The notes beneath the pieces were generated by a model. The model worked only from the letters and a program-made list of their open reading frames with translations, was not told the DNA's origin and searched no databases. Position numbers and translations under genes: made by a program. Shown here piece after piece: positions 20,386-29,917 of a stretch of DNA of 64,000 nucleotides (position 1 is its first letter; each line of letters opens with the position of its first letter). The DNA is from a virus: the IMG/VR virus record IMGVR_UViG_3300015050_000678, positions 1 to 64,000 of that record. The stretch is one strand, 5' to 3'.

Positions 20386-20415
20386 AAACCACTTAGGATA
20401 GTCCTAGGTGGTTTT
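20386..20415 (+). terminator. Strong hairpin (terminator-like) upstream of HNH gene
   Basis: AAACCACTTAGGA / TCCTAGGTGGTTT stem. Confidence 0.5.
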
Positions 20416-20431
20416 AAATTTAAAAAAAACT

Positions 20432-20938
20432 ATGGAAATATTAAAAGAAATAAAAGATTATAAAGGATTATACAAAATTAGTAATTTAGGTGTAATTAAA
20501 AGTGAAATAACAAATAAAATTTTAAAAAATAAACTAAATAGTAAAGGATATTTTTGTGTAAACTTGTATAAAAATAAAATTTCAAAAACACATACAATAC
20601 ATAGATTATTAGCTGTATATTTTATAGAAAATTTAAATAAGTATCCATGTGTTAACCATATAGATGGTAATAAAATTAATAATAATTTAAATAATCTAGA
20701 ATGGTGTTCATATAGTGAAAATAATAAACATGCATATGATATAGGATTAAAGAAAATGTCAGAGTATAATAAAAAGATTCTTTTTAAAAAAGTAATTGAT
20801 AATAATACGAAAATTATTTATAATTCTATAAAAGAAGCCTCAATTAAAAATAATATTAATTACACTACTTTAGGATTGAAATTAAATAACAGAATAAAAA
20901 ATAATACAAACTTTAAATTTTACATAGAAAATGAATAA
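20432..20938 (+). CDS. NUMOD4-HNH homing endonuclease
   Basis: YKISNLG, IHRLLA..F, VNHIDGNKINN..NLEWC; ATG 20432 preferred over GTG 20408. Confidence 0.9.
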   Translation: MEILKEIKDYKGLYKISNLGVIKSEITNKILKNKLNSKGYFCVNLYKNKISKTHTIHRLLAVYFIENLNKYPCVNHIDGNKINNNLNNLEWCSYSENNKHAYDIGLKKMSEYNKKILFKKVIDNNTKIIYNSIKEASIKNNINYTTLGLKLNNRIKNNTNFKFYIENE

Positions 20939-21269
20939 ACTATTAAATTATTATTGTACAATGCTTATTTTCTGCAAAGGTAGGCCATCAACACTATCTC
21001 AATTAAATAATTGGGAATTAAATGGTATTATATTACATATTAATAAGTATCCTCAAGGATTACTTAATGGATATTCTAAATCAGAATACATTAATGCAGT
21101 TAATTACATACTTAAATGTAGAAGTCAAATTAAGAATCATAAAATAGTAATAATAGAAACTAGATTAGCTAATAAATCATTAATAATAGCTAATGAATTA
21201 TCTAATTTATTACTAAGAGCTATGATTAATACTGAACAATGTTCAAAAAGAAAATTAGTATTAACTTAA
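20931..21269 (+). CDS. Hypothetical protein
   Basis: 112 aa, overlaps the HNH stop codon. Confidence 0.55.
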   Translation: MNKLLNYYCTMLIFCKGRPSTLSQLNNWELNGIILHINKYPQGLLNGYSKSEYINAVNYILKCRSQIKNHKIVIIETRLANKSLIIANELSNLLLRAMINTEQCSKRKLVLT

Positions 21270-21281
21270 AATAATTAAAAA

Positions 21282-22691
21282 ATGAATCAAAATGATTTAA
21301 AAAAAGGTGAAATATATTTTAGTGAAAATTATGCTAATAAACCAAATAATAATTTTATATTACAATATAATAATTCAAATAGTAATTGGTTTATTCCAGA
21401 TATAACAAATAATCATAGTGTTAGAAGATTTAATTCTGGAGAATTTGTTTCTACACAAATTACAAGATTAGCAACACCTGAAGAAAGACACTGGTTAAAT
21501 GAATGTATTAAAGCTGATAAATATATAACTAAAGATGAAGCTTTAAAAAGTAATAATAATTTAATACATGGTAAATATAAAATTAATGATATTGTAGTAT
21601 CTTTATCTACTGTTACAGAAGCTAGATTAGTTGGAGATATGTATAAAGTATTATCTGAGTCAAGTGAACCTTATTTGTATTATCTTCTTAATTGTTTCAG
21701 TTCTCAAAGCGATCAATGGAGATTAGCAACAGATGAAGAAGTTAAAGCCTATAATAATGGTATTACAAACATTACTAAAATACCACCAACTGTTGAATCA
21801 CTATTAATAGTAGGAAAATGGTATAAAAATAATGATTCAGTAGGATATATTGCAAAACTAGCACCACCTGAGAAAAATTTAAATTTTCCTTCTAATGAAT
21901 ACATTTATAATAATATGTATGAAAAATTAAAATATACTGGTACTTTTGGTGTTAAATGGTTAACAAATTCAATAGAAGTTCCTTTATCAGAAATTCAACA
22001 ATATTTACCTGATGGACATATGGATAAGATTAGAGTTGATAAAGAAGTTATACCAGAATATGTTAAATGTATTACAAATCATATAAATGTAGGATATTTA
22101 TATGATAAAATATATAAAGTAAGTTCTAGTAATGGAGATGTAATAGGTGAAGAAAATAAAAATTGGTATGGTAATATTAATGGTAAAACTACTTCTAAGT
22201 TTAAACCATCAACTAAAGAAGCTTATGATGTTCAAAATACACCTAAAGAATTAATTGTTAAATGGTCAGTTGGTACTTATATAGTATTTATTAAAGATTA
22301 TGGATGTTCTATAATTGGAAATATTGATATAATAGTAAAAGGGAAAAGGGAAAATACAATAGTTTGTGAAAAAGAAAGAACTACAACCACTGATTTAGAT
22401 TATGTTAAATGGTTTGCTACATTAGAAGAAGCTACTAATTTTAGTAAAACATTAAATATTGTTGATAAATCACAAAATGTAATAATACCAAAAGATTTTG
22501 GAACATTTAAAATTATTGGAGATCCTGTAACAGATTATGATAAATCATTAAGTAAATTTGAATTACATTATTGGACTGCAACAAGTGAACATAAAGTACA
22601 TCCAAATAAATCAGATGATTTAGAATTTCAAACACCAGTTATATTAAAAAGTAAAAAGAGTAAAAATAAATTAATAATTATAAACCAATAA
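21282..22691 (+). CDS. Multi-module protein built from the modules of the 28.2-30.8 kb family
   Basis: Repeated RLAT.EE / STKEAY motifs and an IVGKWY...EIQQYLPDGH module. Confidence 0.7.
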   Translation: MNQNDLKKGEIYFSENYANKPNNNFILQYNNSNSNWFIPDITNNHSVRRFNSGEFVSTQITRLATPEERHWLNECIKADKYITKDEALKSNNNLIHGKYKINDIVVSLSTVTEARLVGDMYKVLSESSEPYLYYLLNCFSSQSDQWRLATDEEVKAYNNGITNITKIPPTVESLLIVGKWYKNNDSVGYIAKLAPPEKNLNFPSNEYIYNNMYEKLKYTGTFGVKWLTNSIEVPLSEIQQYLPDGHMDKIRVDKEVIPEYVKCITNHINVGYLYDKIYKVSSSNGDVIGEENKNWYGNINGKTTSKFKPSTKEAYDVQNTPKELIVKWSVGTYIVFIKDYGCSIIGNIDIIVKGKRENTIVCEKERTTTTDLDYVKWFATLEEATNFSKTLNIVDKSQNVIIPKDFGTFKIIGDPVTDYDKSLSKFELHYWTATSEHKVHPNKSDDLEFQTPVILKSKKSKNKLIIINQ

Positions 22692-22704
22692 AAAACAAAA
22701 CAAC

Positions 22705-23043
22705 ATGAGTACAGTAAGTAAATTTGTTCAGGCTACAATTGCCTTTTTAACAGGAGATTCTGATACAGCAACAGCTTTAAAGAATGAAAGATTAGCTAAA
22801 GCTAGTATTAATGGACAACTAAGTGCATTACAGGGTTCTCTAGTTAATGTTGAAGTAGAAGTAGAAAATGCTAAAGAAAATCTAATTAAAGCAATTTATC
22901 CTACAACATTAATTAGTAATCAACAAGGTTATTACAATAATGTAATAGGTGCTCAAGAAAGATTAACTGAAGCTGAAGAAGCTTTAGAAAATGTTCAAAA
23001 ATCTATTGATTATGCTCAAGCATTGTTAAAAGATAAATTCTAA
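22705..23043 (+). CDS. Coiled-coil protein
   Basis: 112 aa, heptad-rich. Confidence 0.65.
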   Translation: MSTVSKFVQATIAFLTGDSDTATALKNERLAKASINGQLSALQGSLVNVEVEVENAKENLIKAIYPTTLISNQQGYYNNVIGAQERLTEAEEALENVQKSIDYAQALLKDKF

Positions 23044-23050
23044 AACAAGT

Positions 23051-23151
23051 AACTCGTCTCATCTAATCAGGTAAGACCACCCTTTATTGGTATCGAAAGA
23101 TTGACAGCGAAGTCTGTTGTGGAATAGAAGTTCGAATCTTCTGATGGGTTC
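23051..23151 (+). ncRNA. tRNA-like RNA with branched anticodon arm
   Basis: Acceptor AACTCGTC/GATGGGTT, D arm TCT-AATCAGGTA-AGA, T arm AGAAG-TTCGAAT-CTTCT; a CCAC/GTGG stem encloses two hairpins instead of a 7-nt loop. Confidence 0.6.
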
Positions 23152-23153
23152 AA

Positions 23154-23267
23154 AAAGATGTGAGGTAAAGTCATTGCTGGTTAGTATACCTCGCTAGTGA
23201 TCTACAATTGACAACTATAAACTTCTCATATCGAGAAATGTTGTAAGCGTAGATAACTCACATCTTT
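23154..23267 (+). ncRNA. Candidate multi-stem ncRNA
   Basis: Perfect 11-bp closing stem AAAGATGTGAG/CTCACATCTTT with nested ATCTAC/GTAGAT, ACAAC/GTTGT and TTCTC/GAGAA. Confidence 0.5.
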
Positions 23268-23317
23268 AAAATTAAAATAAATTAATTATTAACTATCTTT
23301 ACGGAAAATATAATATT

Positions 23318-23638
23318 ATGGAAAATACGAAATATACTAAAGGGGAGTGGGTAATAAATAAACAAGCCTCCAATACAGTTCAAGTAAAAGGAACAAATAG
23401 AAGCATTGCATCGACTGGAGGTTATTCAGTTAACGGGACTGATGCTGAACTCATTTATAATGAAAATATAGCCAATGCTAAACTTATATCTGCATCTCCT
23501 GATTTGTTGGAGGTTTTGATTGAAGTAAGAAGCAAGATACAGTATGAGCAAGGTTTAAATAAGCTAAGTAAATCAGGTAAAGATTGGTCAGTTGAATTAG
23601 GACTAATTAACACAGCAATAAACAAAGCAACTAAATAA
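23318..23638 (+). CDS. Hypothetical phage protein
   Basis: KYTKGEW...ANAKLISASPDLLE, a common phage motif. Confidence 0.7.
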   Translation: MENTKYTKGEWVINKQASNTVQVKGTNRSIASTGGYSVNGTDAELIYNENIANAKLISASPDLLEVLIEVRSKIQYEQGLNKLSKSGKDWSVELGLINTAINKATK

Positions 23639-23833
23639 CTATGGAAAATTTAACTAAAGAACAAAAAGTAGCAATAGTTTCAAACTCTGAAGAAATTATA
23701 ATAGCAGTTAAAATATTAATTGCTTTAATGAGAGATGCTAATTTGAAAAAAAACATGACTATTTTATATAAATTGGATTTTGATGATTATGAGTTAAGTT
23801 TTACTAAAATCTAAATAACTATGGAAAATTTAA
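23631..23833 (+). repeat. 23-bp exact direct repeat flanking a 57-aa ORF
   Basis: CTAAATAACTATGGAAAATTTAA at 23631-23653 and 23811-23833. Confidence 0.85.
23641..23814 (+). CDS. Hypothetical 57-aa protein
   Basis: Translated by hand: MENLTKEQKVAIVSNSEEIII...SFTKI. Confidence 0.55.
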   Translation: MENLTKEQKVAIVSNSEEIIIAVKILIALMRDANLKKNMTILYKLDFDDYELSFTKI

Positions 23834-24165
23834 AGGCGAGGGAATTGAGAATTGGGAACTATGGAATTAATAACCAAGGAAATATTTTTAAAGTAAGTTG
23901 GATAAATAGCGGAATTGAAGGGTTATTAAAAACAATCCCTTTGACTGAGGATATATTAAAAGATAATTGTGGTTTTAAGTATGTAACAATGGGAATCTTT
24001 AAAAATAATAATTTTACTATAATTAAATGGAGTAATGAATGTGCAGAATACCATCAATGGAATGCAAACGGTATTGAAAGAAAAGTTGTTTATATTAAAT
24101 ACCTCCACCAACTCCAAAACCTATACTTTGAATTAACAAACGAAGAACTAACAATTAAATTATAA
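23821..24165 (+). CDS. Hypothetical Bacteroidota phage protein
   Basis: ELRIGN...IPLTEDIL...CGF...IKYLHQLQNLYFELT motif. Confidence 0.7.
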   Translation: MENLKARELRIGNYGINNQGNIFKVSWINSGIEGLLKTIPLTEDILKDNCGFKYVTMGIFKNNNFTIIKWSNECAEYHQWNANGIERKVVYIKYLHQLQNLYFELTNEELTIKL

Positions 24166-24167
24166 AT

Positions 24168-24683
24168 ATGAAAAGGAAAGAGGAAATAGAAACATTAGCA
24201 AGAGATTACCATTATGAATCTCAGCAAGGATTATTAAATGCAGAAATGTGTTTTTCTAGATATCAAGGTTTTGTTAAAGGTTATAGTCAATGCCAACAAG
24301 ATACCGACCAACAAACTAAAGAAAAGGATTTACGCATTATTGATTTAGAGGATAAGCTAAAAATTATAAATGATTCATACTTATTGGATTCTGTACATAG
24401 CTTAAATCGGAATAAAGAACTTAGGGAGGAAATCGAGAGGTTGAAGGAAAGTAAATGGATTAGTGTGGAGGAGAGATTGCCAGAAGATTATGTGCCATAC
24501 TCTTATACCGAGACAAAATATTTAGTTTACACTGAACAACCAACTGGTTTTTTTATTGAAATGGCAGAATGGTTTACGTCTGATTGTGAAGATGTTAAAT
24601 CACATTTTAATATAGAAAGACCATACTCAGGATATGATATTAATATCACCCATTGGCAACCACTACCTAACAATCCTATCTAA
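24168..24683 (+). CDS. DUF551-like domain protein
   Basis: WISVEERLPE...ITHWQPLP. Confidence 0.7.
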   Translation: MKRKEEIETLARDYHYESQQGLLNAEMCFSRYQGFVKGYSQCQQDTDQQTKEKDLRIIDLEDKLKIINDSYLLDSVHSLNRNKELREEIERLKESKWISVEERLPEDYVPYSYTETKYLVYTEQPTGFFIEMAEWFTSDCEDVKSHFNIERPYSGYDINITHWQPLPNNPI

Positions 24684-24729
24684 TGAAAACACTACCAATC
24701 TGCCAAATAATAACACTTAATAAATAAAT

Positions 24730-25071
24730 ATGGAATTAAAAGATATACAAAAAGATAAGTATTATGTAGCTTATTATGATGATTTAATGTTAGATAAAAT
24801 AGTTACAAAAAGTCATAAAGATTCTAATTTTCATAATAGTCATGGTATTTCTTTAAGACAAAAATCATATTATAGCAATAATTCTTGGGCTTGTAAATCA
24901 CATATTCGTTTAGCTGAAACTGAAGAAATTTATTGGTTAGATTGTTGTATTAAAAAAAATACATATATATCTTACGAAGAAGCGATGAAATTATTTAATA
25001 ATGAATCTATTAAAACCGGAAATCCTGTTGAATTAACAAAAATATATAAAAGATTATTAAATATTAAATAA
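24730..25071 (+). CDS. Module-family protein
   Basis: RLAETEEIYWLDCCIK matches RLATPEERHWLNECIK in the 21282 ORF. Confidence 0.65.
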   Translation: MELKDIQKDKYYVAYYDDLMLDKIVTKSHKDSNFHNSHGISLRQKSYYSNNSWACKSHIRLAETEEIYWLDCCIKKNTYISYEEAMKLFNNESIKTGNPVELTKIYKRLLNIK

Positions 25072-25079
25072 AAACTATT

Positions 25080-25310
25080 ATGAGAAAGAATAAATTACAA
25101 AGACAACCTTTATCTGAAGCTCTAAAACAACAGGCAGCTTTACATAAGAAATACTTAGAGTATTCTAAATTAACTTTAGAAGAATTAGAAGAGTTATTTC
25201 CTAGATTAGGGGGTAACTATCGTCAAGTATGCTTAGAAGTAGCTAAAGAGAAGATTAGGGCTTTATTAGCTAATAAACCAAATGAAGAATTAGAAGGAGA
25301 TGTTAAATAA
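25080..25310 (+). CDS. Hypothetical protein
   Basis: 76 aa ORF. Confidence 0.55.
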   Translation: MRKNKLQRQPLSEALKQQAALHKKYLEYSKLTLEELEELFPRLGGNYRQVCLEVAKEKIRALLANKPNEELEGDVK

Positions 25311-25659
25311 AATACATAAAATACATTCTTTTTATACCTACAATAATAAAAATTATACTATTTTTCAAGATTCGTGGTTATCAGAAAATGATATTGTTGA
25401 AAATATTAATACTAAACAAATTCATAAAATTATAGAATGTCTTTATACCGATGCTTGTGGTTTACAAAATCCAAAAGATAATTGGGTTAGAAGAGGACCA
25501 TATGAACCAAAAAAATCTGCAGTTATATGTAAACCACCTATTATTGATTTAAATTCTTTATATGAACAAAGATTTAGTGTATCTAAAACAGAAACAAAAA
25601 CTTTTTTAGAATGGTTTTTAATATTAAGAAAAAATACACATTTATATTTCACAGATTAA
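25300..25659 (+). CDS. Hypothetical protein
   Basis: 119 aa, coupled to neighbours. Confidence 0.5.
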   Translation: MLNKIHKIHSFYTYNNKNYTIFQDSWLSENDIVENINTKQIHKIIECLYTDACGLQNPKDNWVRRGPYEPKKSAVICKPPIIDLNSLYEQRFSVSKTETKTFLEWFLILRKNTHLYFTD

Positions 25660-25668
25660 AATTAAAAT

Positions 25669-25881
25669 ATGTTAAATAGTTCAGAATTACACGATATATT
25701 AAATAAACCTAGTCCTTATCCATTAGAGAAGATTAGTGTAATTGTTAACTATATCTTTGATAAAACTAAAGAAGATATATCAGCAGTACCAATAAGAAGT
25801 CCTGAACATATAGGACAAACAATGTTAATGGATGCTATGTATACTGTAGCAAAACAATATTATAAAAATGGAGGAAAGTAA
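25669..25881 (+). CDS. Hypothetical protein
   Basis: 70 aa ORF. Confidence 0.55.
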   Translation: MLNSSELHDILNKPSPYPLEKISVIVNYIFDKTKEDISAVPIRSPEHIGQTMLMDAMYTVAKQYYKNGGK

Positions 25882-26410
25882 GTGGCAAAATTTTGAAATA
25901 TGGAAGCCAATAATAGGTGGAGAGAATAAATACTACATTTCAAATACTGGAAAAATTAAAAAATTTTCAATTACAAAAAGATCTACTGATAAAATTTTAA
26001 AAAAAACCATAAATTCAAAAGGTTATTATCAAATTAGTAAAAAAGGATTAATTAAATCAACAGGTTTATTACACAGATTGTTAGCAATACACTTTATTCC
26101 TAATCCTAATAACTATAAATGTGTTAATCATATTGATGGTAATAAATTAAATTACTCATTAGATAATTTAGAATGGTGTACTCATTCTCAAAACACAACA
26201 CATTCTTATAAAATAGGATTACAAAAAACAAGTAATAAAAGAATTTTAAAAATTAGTAAAAAAGTACTAAATATTAAAACTTTAGAAATTTATAATTCTG
26301 CAAAAGAAGCTGCATTTAAAAATAATTTAAATTATAATACTTTGATGTGTAGATTAAACGGTAGTATTACAAATAATACAAATTTAAAATATTTAGAAAA
26401 TGAAAACTAA
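25868..26410 (+). CDS. NUMOD4-HNH homing endonuclease
   Basis: EIWKPI..YYISNTG, LHRLLAIHFIPNP, VNHIDGNKLN..NLEWCT. Confidence 0.9.
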   Translation: MEESKWQNFEIWKPIIGGENKYYISNTGKIKKFSITKRSTDKILKKTINSKGYYQISKKGLIKSTGLLHRLLAIHFIPNPNNYKCVNHIDGNKLNYSLDNLEWCTHSQNTTHSYKIGLQKTSNKRILKISKKVLNIKTLEIYNSAKEAAFKNNLNYNTLMCRLNGSITNNTNLKYLENEN

Positions 26411-28235
26411 GTGGCAAAAAGTAATATTTGATGTTGAAGTTTATCCAAACTGTTTTCTCTGTGCTATACAAGATGTAGATACTAAAGAGAAAATAGTTTG
26501 GGAAATTTCTGATAGAACAAATGAATATGATAATATTGTTAATTTCTTTAAGAATTTTAATCAATATTTAATTTCATTTAATGGAATACATTATGATAAT
26601 TGTATTATAATGTATATTATCCACAATAAACTAGATAATGTTGAAGATTATCTACAAAAACTAAAAGATTGGTCAGATTATATAATACATAATGACTTTT
26701 GGTGGAATGATAGAGAATTAAGTAAGTATAAATACCATAATAAATGGATAGACATCGACTTATTTCTATATTGGAGTAAAATGCTTAGATTAAGTAAAAA
26801 ATTAAGTCTTAAGGGACTTGCTATTCAACTTAATTATCCTGTAGTACAGGAATTACCATTTGATCCAGCAATGAGCTTAAATCATGCTCAAATTGATGAA
26901 TTAAGACATTACAATAGTGTACATGATTTGGGTATTACTCAATTATTATATGACAACATGCTTAATGAAGTTAAATTAAGACAATATATTAGTGAAACTT
27001 ATAATTTAAAGTGTTTTAGTTGGGATGCACCTAAAATGGCATCTGAGTTGTTATTACAAGAATATTGTAAATTAACAAACCAGGAACCCAAATATGTTAA
27101 ATCACTTAAATTTGAACATAAAAATAAATTAGAATTACCAGAAATTAACTTTCAAATGGATTGTTTTAAAGATTTATATAATGAAATGTCTGATTCTTTA
27201 AATGAATTTAGTAAAGAAATTATAATAATTAATAACAATACAAGACTAAAACTAACTTATGGTAAAGGTGGTTTACATAGTGTAAATAAAAATGAATCTT
27301 ATTTTGAAGATTGTGATAATTGCATTGTTACAAGTGATGTAGCTAGTTTATATCCAAATCTTATTATTAATTATAATCTTTTAAGACAACCTGAAGTATT
27401 AAAATTATATACTAATGTTAAATCTGATAGGATTGAAGCTAAAAGAAATAAAGATAAATCTAAAGATGCTCTATTAAAGTTAATTCTTAATTCAACATCT
27501 GGTATGATTGATAATCAATATTCTTGGTTATATTATCCAGAAGGAGCAATGAAACTTAGATTAATGGGACAATTAATTCTTTCATTAACTATTGAAAGAT
27601 TAGTATTAGCTGGTTATCAAGTAATTAGTGCAAATACTGATGGTATTGAAGTTATTGTACCACAAGATAAATTAATGGATTATCGAGATATTGTTAATCA
27701 AGTTGGTAATGAATTTAATTTAGAATTTGAACATGAAACATATAAAAAGATTATTTATATGAATGTTAATAATTATTTAGCTCAAACTGAATCTAAACTT
27801 AAACAAAAAGGTTTATTTGTTGAGAAACCCGAACTTGGAAATAGTGTAGATTATCTTATTATACCTAAAGCATTAAAAGCTTATTATATTGATAATATAC
27901 CTATTAAAAAGTTTGTTGAATCACATACTAATATATTAGATTTTTGTTGTAGTCAAAAAGTAGATAAGTCTTATCATATTACTTGGACTAATCCTCAATT
28001 TGAAACTAGTAAACAACAAAGATTAAATAGATTTTATGCTTCAACTAAAGGTGGTTATATATTTAAATGTAGAAATGGTAAACAAAATCATTTATTAAAA
28101 GAATCTGGAGTAATGATTTACAATAATCATAATCCTAATGTATTTCCTACAGATATTAATTATAAATTTTATATTGCACAAATTAATAAGATTATAATAG
28201 AGATAAATAATAAAAATCAATTAAATTTATTTTAA
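26400..28235 (+). CDS. polB: Family B DNA polymerase
   Basis: Exonuclease motifs FDVEVY and FNGIHYD; polymerase motifs SDVASLYPN, KLILNSTSG, ANTDG. Confidence 0.92.
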   Translation: MKTKWQKVIFDVEVYPNCFLCAIQDVDTKEKIVWEISDRTNEYDNIVNFFKNFNQYLISFNGIHYDNCIIMYIIHNKLDNVEDYLQKLKDWSDYIIHNDFWWNDRELSKYKYHNKWIDIDLFLYWSKMLRLSKKLSLKGLAIQLNYPVVQELPFDPAMSLNHAQIDELRHYNSVHDLGITQLLYDNMLNEVKLRQYISETYNLKCFSWDAPKMASELLLQEYCKLTNQEPKYVKSLKFEHKNKLELPEINFQMDCFKDLYNEMSDSLNEFSKEIIIINNNTRLKLTYGKGGLHSVNKNESYFEDCDNCIVTSDVASLYPNLIINYNLLRQPEVLKLYTNVKSDRIEAKRNKDKSKDALLKLILNSTSGMIDNQYSWLYYPEGAMKLRLMGQLILSLTIERLVLAGYQVISANTDGIEVIVPQDKLMDYRDIVNQVGNEFNLEFEHETYKKIIYMNVNNYLAQTESKLKQKGLFVEKPELGNSVDYLIIPKALKAYYIDNIPIKKFVESHTNILDFCCSQKVDKSYHITWTNPQFETSKQQRLNRFYASTKGGYIFKCRNGKQNHLLKESGVMIYNNHNPNVFPTDINYKFYIAQINKIIIEINNKNQLNLF

Positions 28236-28236
28236 A

Positions 28237-28533
28237 ATGGAAAGATATGTAAAAAACATTAAAAAATGGTTTAATGAAAATTCTGAACTAGGTAAAATTT
28301 ATGATACAAGTAAACCATTTCCTACACATTTAGATTATTGTAAAGATGAAACTTGGGAAAATGTGTTATTAGATGATAGATATCATTTAAATACATCAGG
28401 TTGGAAAACATGGTTTATACCTGCTACTGAAGAAGAGTATAATATACAAGAGAGTATAGATGTAATTAAACCGATTATTAATGAAGATTTATCATATTTA
28501 ATTCCAATTTTAAAAAACCACAATATAATATGA
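28237..28533 (+). CDS. Shared-C-terminus family member 1
   Basis: Ends PIINEDLSYLIPILKNHNII. Confidence 0.75.
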   Translation: MERYVKNIKKWFNENSELGKIYDTSKPFPTHLDYCKDETWENVLLDDRYHLNTSGWKTWFIPATEEEYNIQESIDVIKPIINEDLSYLIPILKNHNII

Positions 28534-28847
28534 AACAAGAAGATTTAATAGTTGGTGCTTGGTATAGACAAACAGATAAAAATAATGTTTTTGGTAAATT
28601 AGAAACTTTAAAAGGTTTAACTAATAATTATTTTCCGTCTAAAGAATATATTGTAGGTACTAACTATGATAATACAGGTAATTTTTTTGCGTGGAATATA
28701 GATAATTTAATACAAGTAAATTTAGAAGAAATTCAAGAGTATTTACCAGATAATCATCCTGATAAAATGTTAACTTTTAAACAATTTGATAACTTAGAAC
28801 CATTATTAAAAATATTAAATGAAATAAAATTAGATAAAAATGTTTAA
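28530..28847 (+). CDS. Shared-C-terminus family member 2
   Basis: IVGAWY...IQEYLPDNHPDK module; ends DNLEPLLKILNEI. Confidence 0.7.
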   Translation: MKQEDLIVGAWYRQTDKNNVFGKLETLKGLTNNYFPSKEYIVGTNYDNTGNFFAWNIDNLIQVNLEEIQEYLPDNHPDKMLTFKQFDNLEPLLKILNEIKLDKNV

Positions 28848-29415
28848 GAAAGATGAATATATAGTATGTTTAAATACCCCGGATTTGGATCCTTCTTTTC
28901 CAAAAAATTATATTTTTAAACAAAGAGAAGATTTAGAACATCTTCGTTGTGAAAAAGATTTAACAAATTATCCTAATGGTTGGAGTTATATAACTTTTAA
29001 TAATTTGGGAAAATATTCAGATTGGAGATATGCAACTATTGAAGAAGCTCAACATTATGAACTTATCGGTAAACCTTATGATGTAACTACATTACCAGAG
29101 TTTATATTACCAGATAATTGGTATATTTTAGTTACTGAAGAAAATGCTACAGATGTTTTAACATGGAGATTTGAAGATAGTTATGAAATAAAAGATAATA
29201 TTACTTTCTTAGATAAGATTGTAGGAATGGATATTGATGGATGCAAAGGACATAATCCTAAAGATCAAATTAAATCAAAAGATGGTTATGACTTTGGTAA
29301 TGAAATTACTTATAAACAATTTAAAAAATATGTACTTAAAGTTGATGATAAACCAGTAGAAAAAGAAGACTTAAGTTATTTAATTCCATTTTTACATAAT
29401 CTAAATATAACTTAA
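28840..29415 (+). CDS. Shared-C-terminus family member 3 (two modules)
   Basis: WRYATIEE plus LPDNWY...EITYKQFKKYVL; ends EKEDLSYLIPFLHNLNIT. Confidence 0.75.
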   Translation: MFKKDEYIVCLNTPDLDPSFPKNYIFKQREDLEHLRCEKDLTNYPNGWSYITFNNLGKYSDWRYATIEEAQHYELIGKPYDVTTLPEFILPDNWYILVTEENATDVLTWRFEDSYEIKDNITFLDKIVGMDIDGCKGHNPKDQIKSKDGYDFGNEITYKQFKKYVLKVDDKPVEKEDLSYLIPFLHNLNIT

Positions 29416-29416
29416 T

Positions 29417-29917
29417 ATGAAAGAAAAATATAAATATGTTAAAATAATTAAAAAATCAGAAATTGAAACTGTTTGGTATAATGATAAAATTGGTAAAATA
29501 GTAAAAATTAATGCTAGAAAATTAGAAGATAGTTGTTTTAAAGTATTAGATTTTACTTGTAATAATCATTTAGGTGTATTTGTTTCACCTGATATGTTTG
29601 AATACTCAACAAAAGAAGATTATGATAATCAAAATCAATTTATATTACCTGAAAAGTGGTGTGTAAAAGATACTTTTGATGAAAAATCTAATGGGTTATA
29701 CGAATATGCAAATATTAATGGAGCAAGACCACCTTATGGAATTTCTAAAGTATCACATTATTATCATTTTCCATCTTTTAAAAACTGTACTACAGCAAGT
29801 AAAATAGAAGAAAATTATATTGAAATCACTTTAGATCAATTTTTAAAATATGTATTAAATAAAGAACCAATTAAAGAAGATATGACTGCGTTAATTAAAT
29901 TACTTGAAGGATTATGA
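29417..29917 (+). CDS. Shared-C-terminus family member 4 (two modules)
   Basis: STKEDY plus LPEKWC...EITLDQFLKYVL; ends PIKEDMTALIKLLEGL. Confidence 0.75.
   Translation: MKEKYKYVKIIKKSEIETVWYNDKIGKIVKINARKLEDSCFKVLDFTCNNHLGVFVSPDMFEYSTKEDYDNQNQFILPEKWCVKDTFDEKSNGLYEYANINGARPPYGISKVSHYYHFPSFKNCTTASKIEENYIEITLDQFLKYVLNKEPIKEDMTALIKLLEGL

Noticed and set aside
20432-26410. HNH genes as group I intron cargo
   Set aside because: Both are coupled to intact neighbouring ORFs and no interrupted host gene is evident; treated as free-standing.
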